IMG/VR virus record: IMGVR_UViG_3300033149_003459
Span: 7,985 to 71,984 of that record
Direction: 5' to 3' (one strand)
Origin: a virus
DNA: 64,000 nt
In this document: piece after piece, positions 26,461 to 36,245 of the stretch
Position numbering within the stretch: the stretch's first letter is position 1
Layout: each line of letters starts with the position of its first letter
The notes under the pieces: model-generated
Databases searched by the model: none
The model's input: the letters and a program-made list of their open reading frames with translations, nothing else
Told to the model about the DNA's origin: nothing
Position numbers and translations under genes: made by a program

Positions 26461-26712
26461 ATGAAGGGGATAGGAAAGCATAGCGAGTCCGGACCGGCGC
26501 CGAGGCGTATCATCCCCGTCGGGGACGACGTCCGGGAGGCGTCGCTCGACGACGGGCTGGACCGCAACTTCAGGTCCGACGGCGTGTCGGGCGTCGGGGC
26601 GGCCGCAGGCCTGCGCAGGACGGGGAAGAAGCCGCCGTTCAGCAGCGGGCACTTCCGCGGCGAGGAGCCGCTGGAGAACATCCGCGTGGAGGCCGCAGAT
26701 GACGAAGGCTGA
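26461..26712 (+). CDS. Hypothetical protein
   Basis: GAGGT RBS. Confidence 0.45.
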   Translation: MKGIGKHSESGPAPRRIIPVGDDVREASLDDGLDRNFRSDGVSGVGAAAGLRRTGKKPPFSSGHFRGEEPLENIRVEAADDEG

Positions 26713-26923
26713 GGTAGCGGACCAGCGCAAGTGGCAGGCCGAGGATGACGCGCGCGCCCTCGCAGCCGCCGAGCAGATAAAGGCCGACGCCGCAAGGATG
26801 GGCCGCGCGAGGGCGGCGGCCAGGAGGCTCCTCCGGGAGGAGGAGAAGCGCCTGAGCGGCCTGCGGAAGATAACGAAGCCGAAGTCCGCCCGCAAGGGAA
26901 CCAATTCCGGGGGCAAGAAATGA
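26699..26923 (+). CDS. Small basic hypothetical protein
   Basis: KWQAEDDARALAAAEQIKADAARM. Confidence 0.6.
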   Translation: MTKAEVADQRKWQAEDDARALAAAEQIKADAARMGRARAAARRLLREEEKRLSGLRKITKPKSARKGTNSGGKK

Positions 26924-27171
26924 GCGACATTACCGAGGGCCACAGCACATACCACGGATACGATCCGCGCGACGTCGAGCAGTTCGACACGTGGGAGGAG
27001 CAGATGGCGTTCGCCGAGAGACACGGCGATGCCGGCCTCGTGCAGTCCCTCCTGAGAAGGAAGCCGAGGCACTACACGGCGGTGCGCTCCGGCGGCATGC
27101 GCCTCCCTGACGAGGACCTTGGCACTGGCACGGACAAGCTGAACAGGCTCATGTCGGGAAAGCGGCAGTAA
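26920..27171 (+). CDS. Hypothetical protein
   Basis: ATGA coupling. Confidence 0.5.
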   Translation: MSDITEGHSTYHGYDPRDVEQFDTWEEQMAFAERHGDAGLVQSLLRRKPRHYTAVRSGGMRLPDEDLGTGTDKLNRLMSGKRQ

Positions 27172-27214
27172 GTCACTCGGACAGATCAAGTCCCACCACC
27201 ATTGGAGCGGACGG

Positions 27215-28861
27215 ATGTACTACCGCAACCGCGAGCAGGAGACAAGGAAGAAGAACTACGCCCGGTTCGAGCGGCTGACGCGGCACGGGTTCTCCATATC
27301 GACGGAGACGGCCGTGAGCGCGCTGTACGTCGTGAACGACGACCCCTTCGGGCGGAGCTACTACCAGAAGGCCATCGGCGAGACGGTGGTCAAGGACCCG
27401 GTCACGGGCCAGAACTACGTCCAGGAGGAGTGGGCCACCAAGGAGTTCATCGTCGACAACAAGACGCAGCTCGTGAACAAGGCGAGCGCGGACCTCCTGC
27501 TCGGCAGGAACCTCGCCATACGGTGGCCGGAGGGCGCGAGCACGACCGAGGAGCAGGCGCTGTGGCTGGAGGAGCTCCAGACCAGGAACTCCATGCTGAC
27601 GCTGCTGTACGAGTCGGCGATAAGGAACAGCTCGCTCGGCGACCAGTTCTACGAGATCACCATCAAAGACGGACGTATCAACATAGACTACGTCAACCCG
27701 TACTACGTGGACATCGAGCACGAGGGGCGCGACGTGAGGTACTACGAGCTGGCCTGGGAGAAGGTCGGACCGGAGGGGAAGCGCCGGATGCCGAGCTGGC
27801 TCATGCGCACGCGCAAGGAGGAGCGGCTCAAGAAGTTCGTCTACAAGAAGATCCACCACCCCGGCTACATCCTGCGCGAGCTGTGGGAGGAGAAGCGGCA
27901 GGAGTACTTCCCCGTGCCGCTCGTTCGCCTGCCCGAGTACGCGGGGCTCGTCGACAGGGCGCTCGCGGACCCCAACATGCGGACGTTCGTCAACTTCGAG
28001 GTGGGCGCGGAGACGGACAGCAGGGACTCGGTGTACTCCGTGGTGGAGTACACGGGCGTTGACGTCCCCCTCATCGTGCACTGGCCCAACTACCGCATGT
28101 TCGACATCTTCGGCGTCAGCGACGCGGGCATGATCGAGGGCCTGCAGAACGCGCTCAACAACAGGGGCACGCAGCTCAACGACGTCCTGGACAAGCACGC
28201 GGACCCGGCGATGTACGGGCCGGACAGCTACACCGACACCAACGGGAACCTCACCATGTCCGGTGGCGGTGGCAGGTACTTCCCCATGCCGCCCGACGCG
28301 GCCAACCCGCCGGGGTACCTGATATGGAACAGCCACCTGCCCGAGTGCCAGGTGGAGATCCTGCGCATCTACGAGTCGATCTGCGCCAACTCGGAGATAT
28401 CACCGGCGCTGATGGGCATGGACAAGGGCGGCATCGAGTCGGGGCGCGCCCTCATGTACAAGCTCATACGGTCGCTCGCCATGAAGACGCGCAAGCAGTC
28501 CTACATGTACCAGGCCATCCGCGACATCGTGGAGATAGCGCAGAAGCTGCAGGCGGCATGGCCCGACGAGAGCACGGTGGTCCAGCCCGAGCCGCGGACG
28601 GAGTGGCCGGAGTTGCTGGAGCCGACGATAGACACCCGCTCGTCGCTCCCGACGGACGTCACCGAGGCCGTGCAGCAGGTGGTCCCGCTGGTGACCAACG
28701 GCATACTCGACCGCAAGACGGCGCTCGCCATCCTCGACAAGTTCTTCGAGGAGATCGAGCCGGAGGAGGTCGAGAAGCGGCTCAGCGAGGAGGACGCGAG
28801 GAACGCCGAGGCCGAGAAGGCCAAGATGAACGAGCTGTTCCGCGGGGTGCCGGTTGAGTGA
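27215..28861 (+). CDS. Portal protein (SPP1 gp6/A118-like)
   Basis: 548 aa; GD.FY, FGVSD...LQNALN, DKHADP, YLIWNS, ESGRAL. Confidence 0.85.
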   Translation: MYYRNREQETRKKNYARFERLTRHGFSISTETAVSALYVVNDDPFGRSYYQKAIGETVVKDPVTGQNYVQEEWATKEFIVDNKTQLVNKASADLLLGRNLAIRWPEGASTTEEQALWLEELQTRNSMLTLLYESAIRNSSLGDQFYEITIKDGRINIDYVNPYYVDIEHEGRDVRYYELAWEKVGPEGKRRMPSWLMRTRKEERLKKFVYKKIHHPGYILRELWEEKRQEYFPVPLVRLPEYAGLVDRALADPNMRTFVNFEVGAETDSRDSVYSVVEYTGVDVPLIVHWPNYRMFDIFGVSDAGMIEGLQNALNNRGTQLNDVLDKHADPAMYGPDSYTDTNGNLTMSGGGGRYFPMPPDAANPPGYLIWNSHLPECQVEILRIYESICANSEISPALMGMDKGGIESGRALMYKLIRSLAMKTRKQSYMYQAIRDIVEIAQKLQAAWPDESTVVQPEPRTEWPELLEPTIDTRSSLPTDVTEAVQQVVPLVTNGILDRKTALAILDKFFEEIEPEEVEKRLSEEDARNAEAEKAKMNELFRGVPVE

Positions 28862-29247
28862 TGCCGGAGTCCGTCGTCAGGGTCCGCAGGCGCGAGCAGG
28901 AGGCGCGGTTCTTCAACACCGCGTACGCGCTGGTCAGGAGGGCCACCCGCATAGACCCCGTGCTTGAGGGGCGCAGGTTCGCCGAGGCGGTGGACCGGGT
29001 GATGTACTCGGACTTCGGCAGGCTCGCGGATGCCGACGAGGTGGACGCGAGGACCGCGCGCCTGGACGAGCTGACGGAGCGGTATCTGCGGCGGGCGCAG
29101 CGGTTCTTCACGCTGTTCCAGATGTACTGCTACCTGCGCGGGCGTCGCCGTGCGCTGCTTGAGGCCGGGGACTGGATGAAGGATGCGGAGAGGACGCTCT
29201 CCAGGGTGGAGGGCAGGCTGGGGGCCATGCTGGATGGTGAGAGCTGA
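28861..29247 (+). CDS. Hypothetical protein
   Basis: Coupled to the portal gene. Confidence 0.55.
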   Translation: MPESVVRVRRREQEARFFNTAYALVRRATRIDPVLEGRRFAEAVDRVMYSDFGRLADADEVDARTARLDELTERYLRRAQRFFTLFQMYCYLRGRRRALLEAGDWMKDAERTLSRVEGRLGAMLDGES

Positions 29248-29563
29248 ACTGACGGTGAGCAACGGCGTCGTGGATGGCGTCGACGTCAACGGCCACGCCC
29301 TCGACCCGAGGGTCTGCGCCGGTGCCACGCTTGCGGTCCGGGCGTACATGCGCGTCATAGAGCTCGTCCCCACCATCGTGGTGGATGAGGCCACCGACGG
29401 CCGCGGCTCGTTCCGCATACACATCCGAGAGTACCCGTGGGGGAGGGAGCCGTGGCTCCGCGGTGCCGGGGCCATGCTGGTGGAGTCGCTCCGCGACCTG
29501 CAGGCGATGTCCATCGGGGACCTTGAGCTCGTGATCAACGGCGCGCGGGTCCGCGGGGGCTGA
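29234..29563 (+). CDS. Prp-like (DUF464) cysteine protease
   Basis: VNGHA...VCAG His/Cys dyad signature, about 109 aa. Confidence 0.72.
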   Translation: MVRAELTVSNGVVDGVDVNGHALDPRVCAGATLAVRAYMRVIELVPTIVVDEATDGRGSFRIHIREYPWGREPWLRGAGAMLVESLRDLQAMSIGDLELVINGARVRGG

Positions 29564-29566
29564 CGG

Positions 29567-32500
29567 ATGCCGCGGCCGCCCGGATGGTACGTCAACGGAA
29601 TGAACGAGACGCTTGAGGACTCCATCAGGCGGATGAAGCGCTTCAACGCCCGGTACAACCGGGAGATGCACACGCTCTTCCAGGCCGAGGAGGCGTTCAG
29701 GAGGACGAACTGGGAGGCGATGAGCGTCCGCGATAAGAAGCAGATGGTCCGTAGGGCCATAGGCCACCGGGTCGACGACATGGGCAAGATCCACATCCTG
29801 TGCAAGGACGGCAAGACGCGGCGCTACGACGCCGACAAGTGGTCGGAGACCATGGCGCGCACGCGCAGCCGGGCGCTGCAGGAGGAGGGCCTGCACAACG
29901 AGATGGCCCGCCACGGGCTCGACCTCGTGATGGTCAGCGTCGGCGGGTCAGGCGACCCGTGCCGGTTCTGGGAGGGGAAGGTCCTGTCGATAGCCGGGAA
30001 GACGCCGGGCTACCAGACCGTGGCCGCGGCCCGCCGCGAGCACATCTTCCACCCCAACTGCGTGGTCGACGGGCAGGTTCCGGTCCACACGGTCGACGGG
30101 CTCGTTCCGATAAAAGAGGTGAGGGTCGGCGACCTTGTCCTCACACACCGAAGAAGGTACAAGAAGGTAGCCAGCACGATGACCCGCAGCGCGCTTGTCG
30201 GTGAGAAGTACGTGCGCATCAGATTTAACGGGTCGATAAGGTTCCCATCCGTGACGGGGGAGCACCCGGTCCTGACCGGTTCTGGCTGGAAGCGCGCCGT
30301 TGATGTAGAGCCTGGGGACAAAGTGTATGTTCTTCATGATCATGACTGCCCACAGTGCGGACGGCCAGTGTTCGTTGGCCACGAGTTTTGCGGCCTATCA
30401 TGTAAGAGCAGGTATCATATAATCAGGAATACCACTGCCGGAAGATATGATGACGCCCGGAAAAAGCATTCCAGGACAATGAAACGTCTATATAGAAGTG
30501 GGGCCATTACCGCAGCTACCGAGAAGGCGCATGAGGCCACACGTGCGCTCGTGAGGGAGGGGCGGCACCCCTTCCAGCGACCGGACAACCACCTCAAGGC
30601 GGCGAGGGCGCTCGGAAGCAGGGGCAAGACGTCGTTCATAGAGCGCAAGATATGCTGGCTGCTCGAACAGAAAGGCATGTCGTTTGAGGCTCAATACTGT
30701 TTTAACAGAAGGGTGTCGTTCAAGAACGGACAGCCGCGCAGGTATTTTATTGACGTCGCCATACCAGAATATAGGATAGCGATAGAGTGCGACGGCGCGT
30801 ACTGGCACGCTAACACGGATGAAGACGCGAAGCGGCAGCAGGAGATTGAGGATGCCGGATGGACGGTTGTTAGGTTCAGTGAAAAACAGATACGGAACGA
30901 CCTTCAATCGTGCGGCCGTGTCATAGACAGGCTGCTCAGGAACCACCGACGTGAATATCGGCTCATGGCGATTCCCGTCAGGGCGGTTGAGGTACGCGAG
31001 CTGAGGAGGAATCGGAAAGTTTACAACCTCTCCGTGGTTGAGGACGAGAGTTACCTGATCGGGAAATGCGGGTGGGCGGTCCATAATTGCGTGCACAGCA
31101 CGAGCCCGTTCATAGTCGGCGGGGGCGAGGAGCAGGAGATCATCGGGCGCGACGACCTGCCCGACGCCGCGAGGGAGCAGTTCCTTGGGAACCCAGACCT
31201 GCTGCCCCGCGCCACGGTGGCGCTGAACCGGCTCGGAGCGGTGGTGCACGAGGCCACGCGGGACGAGTTCACCGGGCTGCGGGAGCTCCTGCGGGAGTCG
31301 GACTCGCTGTCCGGCGTGCGGCTCGACGAGGACGCGCTTGAGCTCAGGGTGGGCGGGGGCTTCGACCCGAGCGACTCCAACATGCGCAGCCTGATAAGGG
31401 AGGCGAACAGGCACGACATACGGGTCCGGTTCCCGGAGGGGGACACCGGGAGGCTGCTGCAGGCGAGGATGCTGCGCGTCCTTGACGAGCCGTTCGCGTC
31501 GAAGGGGTTCTCCGGTCCGGGGTACGTGGCCGACATACGCAAGGTCTCCAGGCACCATTTCGCGTCAGGGGTGACGCGCGACAGCTACGCGGCGTTCGCG
31601 CACGACTACGCGGCCCTCCTCGACCGCTACCGGCAGTTCGGCGTCCCGCCGACCATGGTAAGCAGGATGCAGGCTGGCAGGGTGATGGAGTACTCCGAGC
31701 GGGCGGCGCAGCGGTACAGGTGGTCCACCACGGTCAAGGGCATCGACAGCCTGAGGATGACGCGCGTCCGCCTGGAGCCGAGGGCGTTCTTCTCGCAGAA
31801 CAGCGACGACGTCATAAGGGAGGTCCTCGGCGCCGGGCTGGACCCGAAGCACGCGATGACCGAGGTCCGGTTCACGGTCCCGCCGTCTGACGCGTACCAC
31901 GTGGCGAACCTCAACAGGCACCTCAGCGAGCTCGGCTACCTGCCCGACATGCGGCACTCCGACACGCTCGCGCGCATCAACACGGGCGACAAGCGCTTCG
32001 CCCGCCGCGCGCTGCGGGACTGGGACGCCAAGAACAAGAAGTACCGGCTGCTGTACAAGCGGCTCGGCATCGAGGGCGCGTTCGACAAGCTCATCGACCC
32101 GGAGATGAGCCTGCTGCGCGGGGAGATCGAGTCCGCGGTCGACAGCCTCCTCAACGCCCGGACGGTGGCCGCTAAGGGGCTGTCCGAGGGGATGGTCACC
32201 CCGTGGATGAGCCGGGCCGAGGCGAACAGGCTGTGCCCCGTTAGGGACGCGCAGAAAGTAGTGGACCTCGGGACCAACAGGCCTTCCTCCGGTCAGGCGG
32301 CGCTCGTGTGGGACGACATCAGATCGTGGAAGGGGTCGTCGACGGGGTACAGGATGCAGGAGCGGTTCCTGCTCGGCGACAGGTCGTACACCGGCGGGGA
32401 CAGGGGGCAGTTCTTCGACGAGGGGATACGCAGGCTGAACGCCTTCGTCGCCAACGGTCCTAAGTACCGCGGGATGATATCGCGCGGGATCGAGACGAGG

Positions 32501-32761
32501 GGCGAGCTCGCGCGCAGGCTCAAGGTGGGCGACATATGGGAGGAGTGGTCGCTGAGCAGCTACAGCCACGGCGCGTCACCGGCGTTCGGCTCGATGGACA
32601 CGATCCTGCGCGTGCCGAAGAGCACCAGGGGCGTGAACATCCAGCACGTCACGCCCCTGCACCACGGCGAGCGCGAGGTGCTGTACCCGCGCACGAGACT
32701 GAGAGTGAAAAAGATAGAAAGTTATTCCGGGCAAGATTATATTACATTCGAGGAGGTGTGA
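29567..32761 (+). CDS. MuF/minor head protein with an intein and a C-terminal ADP-ribosyltransferase-like domain
   Basis: DPCRFWEGKVLS...HPNC/VHS minor-capsid motif; C-terminal SRG, SSYS and EREVL (R-S-E ART-like). Confidence 0.82.
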   Translation: MPRPPGWYVNGMNETLEDSIRRMKRFNARYNREMHTLFQAEEAFRRTNWEAMSVRDKKQMVRRAIGHRVDDMGKIHILCKDGKTRRYDADKWSETMARTRSRALQEEGLHNEMARHGLDLVMVSVGGSGDPCRFWEGKVLSIAGKTPGYQTVAAARREHIFHPNCVVDGQVPVHTVDGLVPIKEVRVGDLVLTHRRRYKKVASTMTRSALVGEKYVRIRFNGSIRFPSVTGEHPVLTGSGWKRAVDVEPGDKVYVLHDHDCPQCGRPVFVGHEFCGLSCKSRYHIIRNTTAGRYDDARKKHSRTMKRLYRSGAITAATEKAHEATRALVREGRHPFQRPDNHLKAARALGSRGKTSFIERKICWLLEQKGMSFEAQYCFNRRVSFKNGQPRRYFIDVAIPEYRIAIECDGAYWHANTDEDAKRQQEIEDAGWTVVRFSEKQIRNDLQSCGRVIDRLLRNHRREYRLMAIPVRAVEVRELRRNRKVYNLSVVEDESYLIGKCGWAVHNCVHSTSPFIVGGGEEQEIIGRDDLPDAAREQFLGNPDLLPRATVALNRLGAVVHEATRDEFTGLRELLRESDSLSGVRLDEDALELRVGGGFDPSDSNMRSLIREANRHDIRVRFPEGDTGRLLQARMLRVLDEPFASKGFSGPGYVADIRKVSRHHFASGVTRDSYAAFAHDYAALLDRYRQFGVPPTMVSRMQAGRVMEYSERAAQRYRWSTTVKGIDSLRMTRVRLEPRAFFSQNSDDVIREVLGAGLDPKHAMTEVRFTVPPSDAYHVANLNRHLSELGYLPDMRHSDTLARINTGDKRFARRALRDWDAKNKKYRLLYKRLGIEGAFDKLIDPEMSLLRGEIESAVDSLLNARTVAAKGLSEGMVTPWMSRAEANRLCPVRDAQKVVDLGTNRPSSGQAALVWDDIRSWKGSSTGYRMQERFLLGDRSYTGGDRGQFFDEGIRRLNAFVANGPKYRGMISRGIETRGELARRLKVGDIWEEWSLSSYSHGASPAFGSMDTILRVPKSTRGVNIQHVTPLHHGEREVLYPRTRLRVKKIESYSGQDYITFEEV
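30059..31087 (+). mobile_element. Intein with DUF559/Vsr-like endonuclease (343 aa)
   Basis: Starts CVVDGQVPV; block B VTGEHPV; YFIDVAIPEYRIAIECDGAYWH; VYNLSV; ends VHN before Cys; lower GC than flanks. Confidence 0.9.
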
Positions 32762-32763
32762 CC

Positions 32764-33030
32764 GTGTCGAAGATGGACCCGGAGGCGGCCCGCATACTCA
32801 ACGAGGCGATGGGCAGGCCGCTCAGCGACAGGTCGGTCGACAGCTCGGACTACCACCCGCCCGTGAGGCGGCGCGGCGAGACGATGCGGCGCTTCGACAG
32901 GAGGCGGCTTGAGTACGACGCATGGTACCGCAAGCGCAAGTCGGTTGCGGCGTCGGCGAGGAAGAACGGGGTCCCACCGCTGATACCTGGGACGCCCGTG
33001 TACCCCGGAAGGGGGAGGAGGGCGCGGTGA
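32764..33030 (+). CDS. Small hypothetical protein directly after MuF-ART (possible immunity or partner)
   Basis: Position only. Confidence 0.45.
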   Translation: MSKMDPEAARILNEAMGRPLSDRSVDSSDYHPPVRRRGETMRRFDRRRLEYDAWYRKRKSVAASARKNGVPPLIPGTPVYPGRGRRAR

Positions 33031-33191
33031 TGCCCGTGCGGACAGGGAAGGACAGGAAGGGCTGCTACGCCAGGTGGGGCGGGCAGAAGAAGTACTACTA
33101 CAGGTGCGGCGACAGGGCCGCCCGCGAGCGGGCTAAGAGGAGGGCCGGGAAGCAGGGCGCGGCCGCGCACGCGGCGGGGTACAGGGGGTGA
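33030..33191 (+). CDS. Small basic protein
   Basis: MPVRTGKD..GCYARWG..KKYYY. Confidence 0.55.
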   Translation: MPVRTGKDRKGCYARWGGQKKYYYRCGDRAARERAKRRAGKQGAAAHAAGYRG

Positions 33192-33598
33192 TCCCGGAGC
33201 GGTTCGACATCGGCGGGCTGACGGTGACCGTCAGGTACGACCCGTCGCTCGCCTACGAAGAGGGCTCCACGGCCGAGGCGCGGTACCGCGACTGCGAGAT
33301 CGTGCTGCTCAAGAGCACGGAGGCGAGCAAGATCTCCGACCAGCGGGTCGAGATGGCGTTCTGGCACGAGGTAGTGCACTGGGTGCTGTTCATGCTCGAC
33401 AAGGACGACCTGCGGAACGACGAGCAGTTCGTGTCCCAGGTGTCGTGCCTGCTGCACCAGGTGGTCAGGACGTCGAGATGGGGGAAGCGGGGTGGCAAGG
33501 AAACGCAGGACGCCCAAGCGCGTCAAGGTGCAGGCCGAGCGCCTGAAGGGCAAGCGCGGTGTCAGGAACCCGCACGCGCTCGCGCGCTGGCAGTATGA
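33188..33598 (+). CDS. HExxH metallopeptidase-like phage protein
   Basis: AFWHEVVH...EQFV. Confidence 0.6.
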   Translation: MIPERFDIGGLTVTVRYDPSLAYEEGSTAEARYRDCEIVLLKSTEASKISDQRVEMAFWHEVVHWVLFMLDKDDLRNDEQFVSQVSCLLHQVVRTSRWGKRGGKETQDAQARQGAGRAPEGQARCQEPARARALAV

Positions 33599-33784
33599 AA
33601 AGGGCTACAACATCGGCGGGAAAAGGAAGAGAAAAGGGAGAAGGTGATGGCGAAGAAGCACAGGGCACCGATGCCCAAGACCGTGAAGCGGGGGGCCGCC
33701 GCGCGGAAGCGCCGGGGCTCCACGAACCCGTACGGCCAGGCGTTCCACGAGCTGCGCAGGAAGCAGAAGGGATCGGGCAAGTGA
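33492..33784 (+). CDS. Two coupled tiny basic ORFs (33492..33647, 51 aa; 33647..33784, 45 aa)
   Basis: Translated by hand: MARKRRTPKRVKVQAERLKGKRGVRNPHALARWQ and MAKKHRAPMPKTVKRG; TGATG coupling. Confidence 0.45.
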
Positions 33785-33964
33785 CCGCGCGGCTCAGGCA
33801 GGACTTCACGCTGCGCGCCGGTGTGGTGCTGACGCCGATGGCGACGATCAAGCCGCCTGAGCGCGGCACGCACGTGGCCGCCTTCCGCGTCGGTGACTCT
33901 GTCATACGCATGTGCGTGAGCGCGGAGGCGATCCGGGCACTGCCGGGGCTGTTCGAGGTGCGGT

Positions 33965-35158
33965 GTGCGGACTAACAGGATCTACCGGGGCGACGTGGTG
34001 GAGCAGCTCCGGTTGCTCGGAGACGGCTCCATCCATTGCGTCGTGACCTCCCCGCCATACTGGGGCCTGCGCGACTACGGTGTAGAGGGCCAGATCGGGC
34101 TTGAGCCGACCATGGACGAATACATCGAGAAGATGGTCGAGGTCTTCCGCGAGGTCCGGCGGGTGTTGAGGGATGACGGGACGTGCTGGGTGAACCTCGG
34201 TGATGCCTATGCCCAGTCCGGTGGCACGATGGCATCATCGGAACATGATGAGGCAAAGCGGCGCGCAAAGGAAAAGGGCTATCAAGGACATGGAGGTCGG
34301 GAGGGCCGGACCAGTCGAGCTGGTGGAACCGCTGGCGCTGGCCTCAAGCCCAAAGACTTGTGCGGCATCCCCTGGCGCGTGGCATTTGCGCTGCAGGCCG
34401 ATGGGTGGTACCTGCGGTCGGATATTGTGTGGACCAAGCCCAACCCGATGCCGGAGAGCGTGACCGACCGGCCGACCAAAAGCCACGAGTATCTGTTTCT
34501 GCTGACGAAGCTCCCTCGGTATTGGTACGACGCCGAGGCGATACGAGAGATTACGGGTAATGAAGCATCTATAGCACAATATGAAAAGGGCGACGGACAT
34601 AGAAAGCCTTCAGGAACATTAGCCCAAGGAGTAAATGCAGGATTTGGTGCGAAAAGGGATAGTTTCACGCATCCTGCAGGCCGAAACAAACGCGACGTGT
34701 GGGTCATACCGACGCAACCATATCCGGAGGCGCACTTCGCCACGTACCCGGAGGCGCTCGTCAAACCGTGCATCCTCGCCGGGTGCCCGCACAAGGTCTG
34801 TGAGGTCTGCGGTGCAGGGTGGGTGCGGGTGGTGGAGAAGGAAGGTGGGACCATTGGACACAGTTGGACTGACCACAAGAACGATATCGGAGCGGGAATG
34901 TCGCAGGTTAAAGTTTTATTGCAAAAGGTGGGCAGTGACGGGTCCTACACCAGATGGACCGTCGGCTGGCGCCCCACGTGCACCCACGACGCCGAGACCG
35001 TGCCAGGCACCGTGCTCGACCCGTTCCTCGGCTCCGGAACCACGGCGAAGGTCGCGCGCGACACCGGCAGGCGGTGGGTGGGCATAGAGCTCAGCAGCGA
35101 ATACGCTGAGCTCGCGTACCGCCGCATATACGGCAGGAAGAGGCGGGTGGTGGGATGA
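33965..35158 (+). CDS. DNA N4-cytosine/N6-adenine methyltransferase (beta class)
   Basis: VTSPPYW before HFAT and LDPFLGSGTT. Confidence 0.93.
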   Translation: MRTNRIYRGDVVEQLRLLGDGSIHCVVTSPPYWGLRDYGVEGQIGLEPTMDEYIEKMVEVFREVRRVLRDDGTCWVNLGDAYAQSGGTMASSEHDEAKRRAKEKGYQGHGGREGRTSRAGGTAGAGLKPKDLCGIPWRVAFALQADGWYLRSDIVWTKPNPMPESVTDRPTKSHEYLFLLTKLPRYWYDAEAIREITGNEASIAQYEKGDGHRKPSGTLAQGVNAGFGAKRDSFTHPAGRNKRDVWVIPTQPYPEAHFATYPEALVKPCILAGCPHKVCEVCGAGWVRVVEKEGGTIGHSWTDHKNDIGAGMSQVKVLLQKVGSDGSYTRWTVGWRPTCTHDAETVPGTVLDPFLGSGTTAKVARDTGRRWVGIELSSEYAELAYRRIYGRKRRVVG

Positions 35159-35952
35159 CGCCGAACGGCACGCCCGTGGTGATAAGCTTCGGCATCCCGC
35201 GCAGCGGCACGACGCTCGTCGAGCGCATGTTCGAGCGCGGGCGCGGGTACTACTACCAGAAGATGGCCGAGGGCGTGCGCATGCACCCCATGCAGCAGCC
35301 GTTCTACCTCACGCAGGTGGCGGGCCTGTTCAGGCGCAGCCCGCTCGCGTTCGTGCGGACCGTCCGACATCCGGTGGACGTGGCGGCGAGCTGGACCATC
35401 CTCGACCCGGGCATCACGGTCGACCGAGTCATCGAGTGCTTCCGCAGGGAGAGCGAGAACTACTGGGGCCAGCTCCCGCTCCTCGGCGGGCTCCGGCGCG
35501 GGGGAGCGCTCGTGAGCGCCGTCATCCGGTTCGAGGACCTCGGGGACCCGGTGGCGAGGAACAGGCTGTTCAGGAGCCTGACCGACGTGGTGCCAGCGGC
35601 GAACGTCGGGGTGTGGGCCGGGTTCCTCGACGAGGTGTGGAACCGGCGGCCGGTCCGCGACGGCAGGATGGCGCGCGGGCTCGACGGCGAGCAGTCCATA
35701 CCCGATGAGTGGGTGGAGCGGATACTCTCCGAGCTCGGCGACGTTATAGAGGCCGAGGGGCTCTCCGGGCAGAGCCGCATCCTAAGACTCAGGGAAGGAG
35801 GCAGTGGTGCCGGTCATGCTACGCAGGAAGAGGACGAAGATAGACAGGGGGCTAAACAGGCTGCCGTCGGCCGCGTTCGTAGAGTGGGGCGTGGACGGCG
35901 GCGAGGAGCTGTCCCGCTGCATCGACCATGTGATAAGGGAGGACCGCGGTGA
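35155..35952 (+). CDS. Sulfotransferase-like protein, paralog of 5925..6605
   Basis: FGIPRSGTT, RHPVDV, RFEDL, WNRRPVRDGR. Confidence 0.72.
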   Translation: MTPNGTPVVISFGIPRSGTTLVERMFERGRGYYYQKMAEGVRMHPMQQPFYLTQVAGLFRRSPLAFVRTVRHPVDVAASWTILDPGITVDRVIECFRRESENYWGQLPLLGGLRRGGALVSAVIRFEDLGDPVARNRLFRSLTDVVPAANVGVWAGFLDEVWNRRPVRDGRMARGLDGEQSIPDEWVERILSELGDVIEAEGLSGQSRILRLREGGSGAGHATQEEDEDRQGAKQAAVGRVRRVGRGRRRGAVPLHRPCDKGGPR

Positions 35953-36245
35953 GTACTGACAACGGTGTGATCGTTCGGGAGGCGCTCCTCGCCGCCGTGG
36001 AGAAGACCGACAGGCTGCTCAAGCCACCGATGGTCGTGCCGGTCGGGAACGACGCGAGGCTGCTCGACCACCTCGACAGCCTCGGGCTCGTCTCCCTCGT
36101 GGGGGCGTTCGAGCTTGAGCTTGAGGCGCGGCTCGGGCGGCCCGTGTCGCTGGCTACGGAGAGGGCGTTCGCCAACGAGCGGAACCCGTTCCGCACCCTG
36201 GACACGCTGCGGGAGTACGCGGAGGAGGTCATCGGTGGAGAATAG
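35949..36245 (+). CDS. Acyl carrier protein
   Basis: LDSLGLV phosphopantetheine site; NPFRTLDTL. Confidence 0.85.
   Translation: MSTDNGVIVREALLAAVEKTDRLLKPPMVVPVGNDARLLDHLDSLGLVSLVGAFELELEARLGRPVSLATERAFANERNPFRTLDTLREYAEEVIGGE

Noticed and set aside
30017-30031. Partial gapped match of array block 1 (ACn GTn GCn GCn GCn) in the MuF gene
   Set aside because: Only five consecutive dinucleotides of eleven match; expected by chance in GC-rich coding DNA
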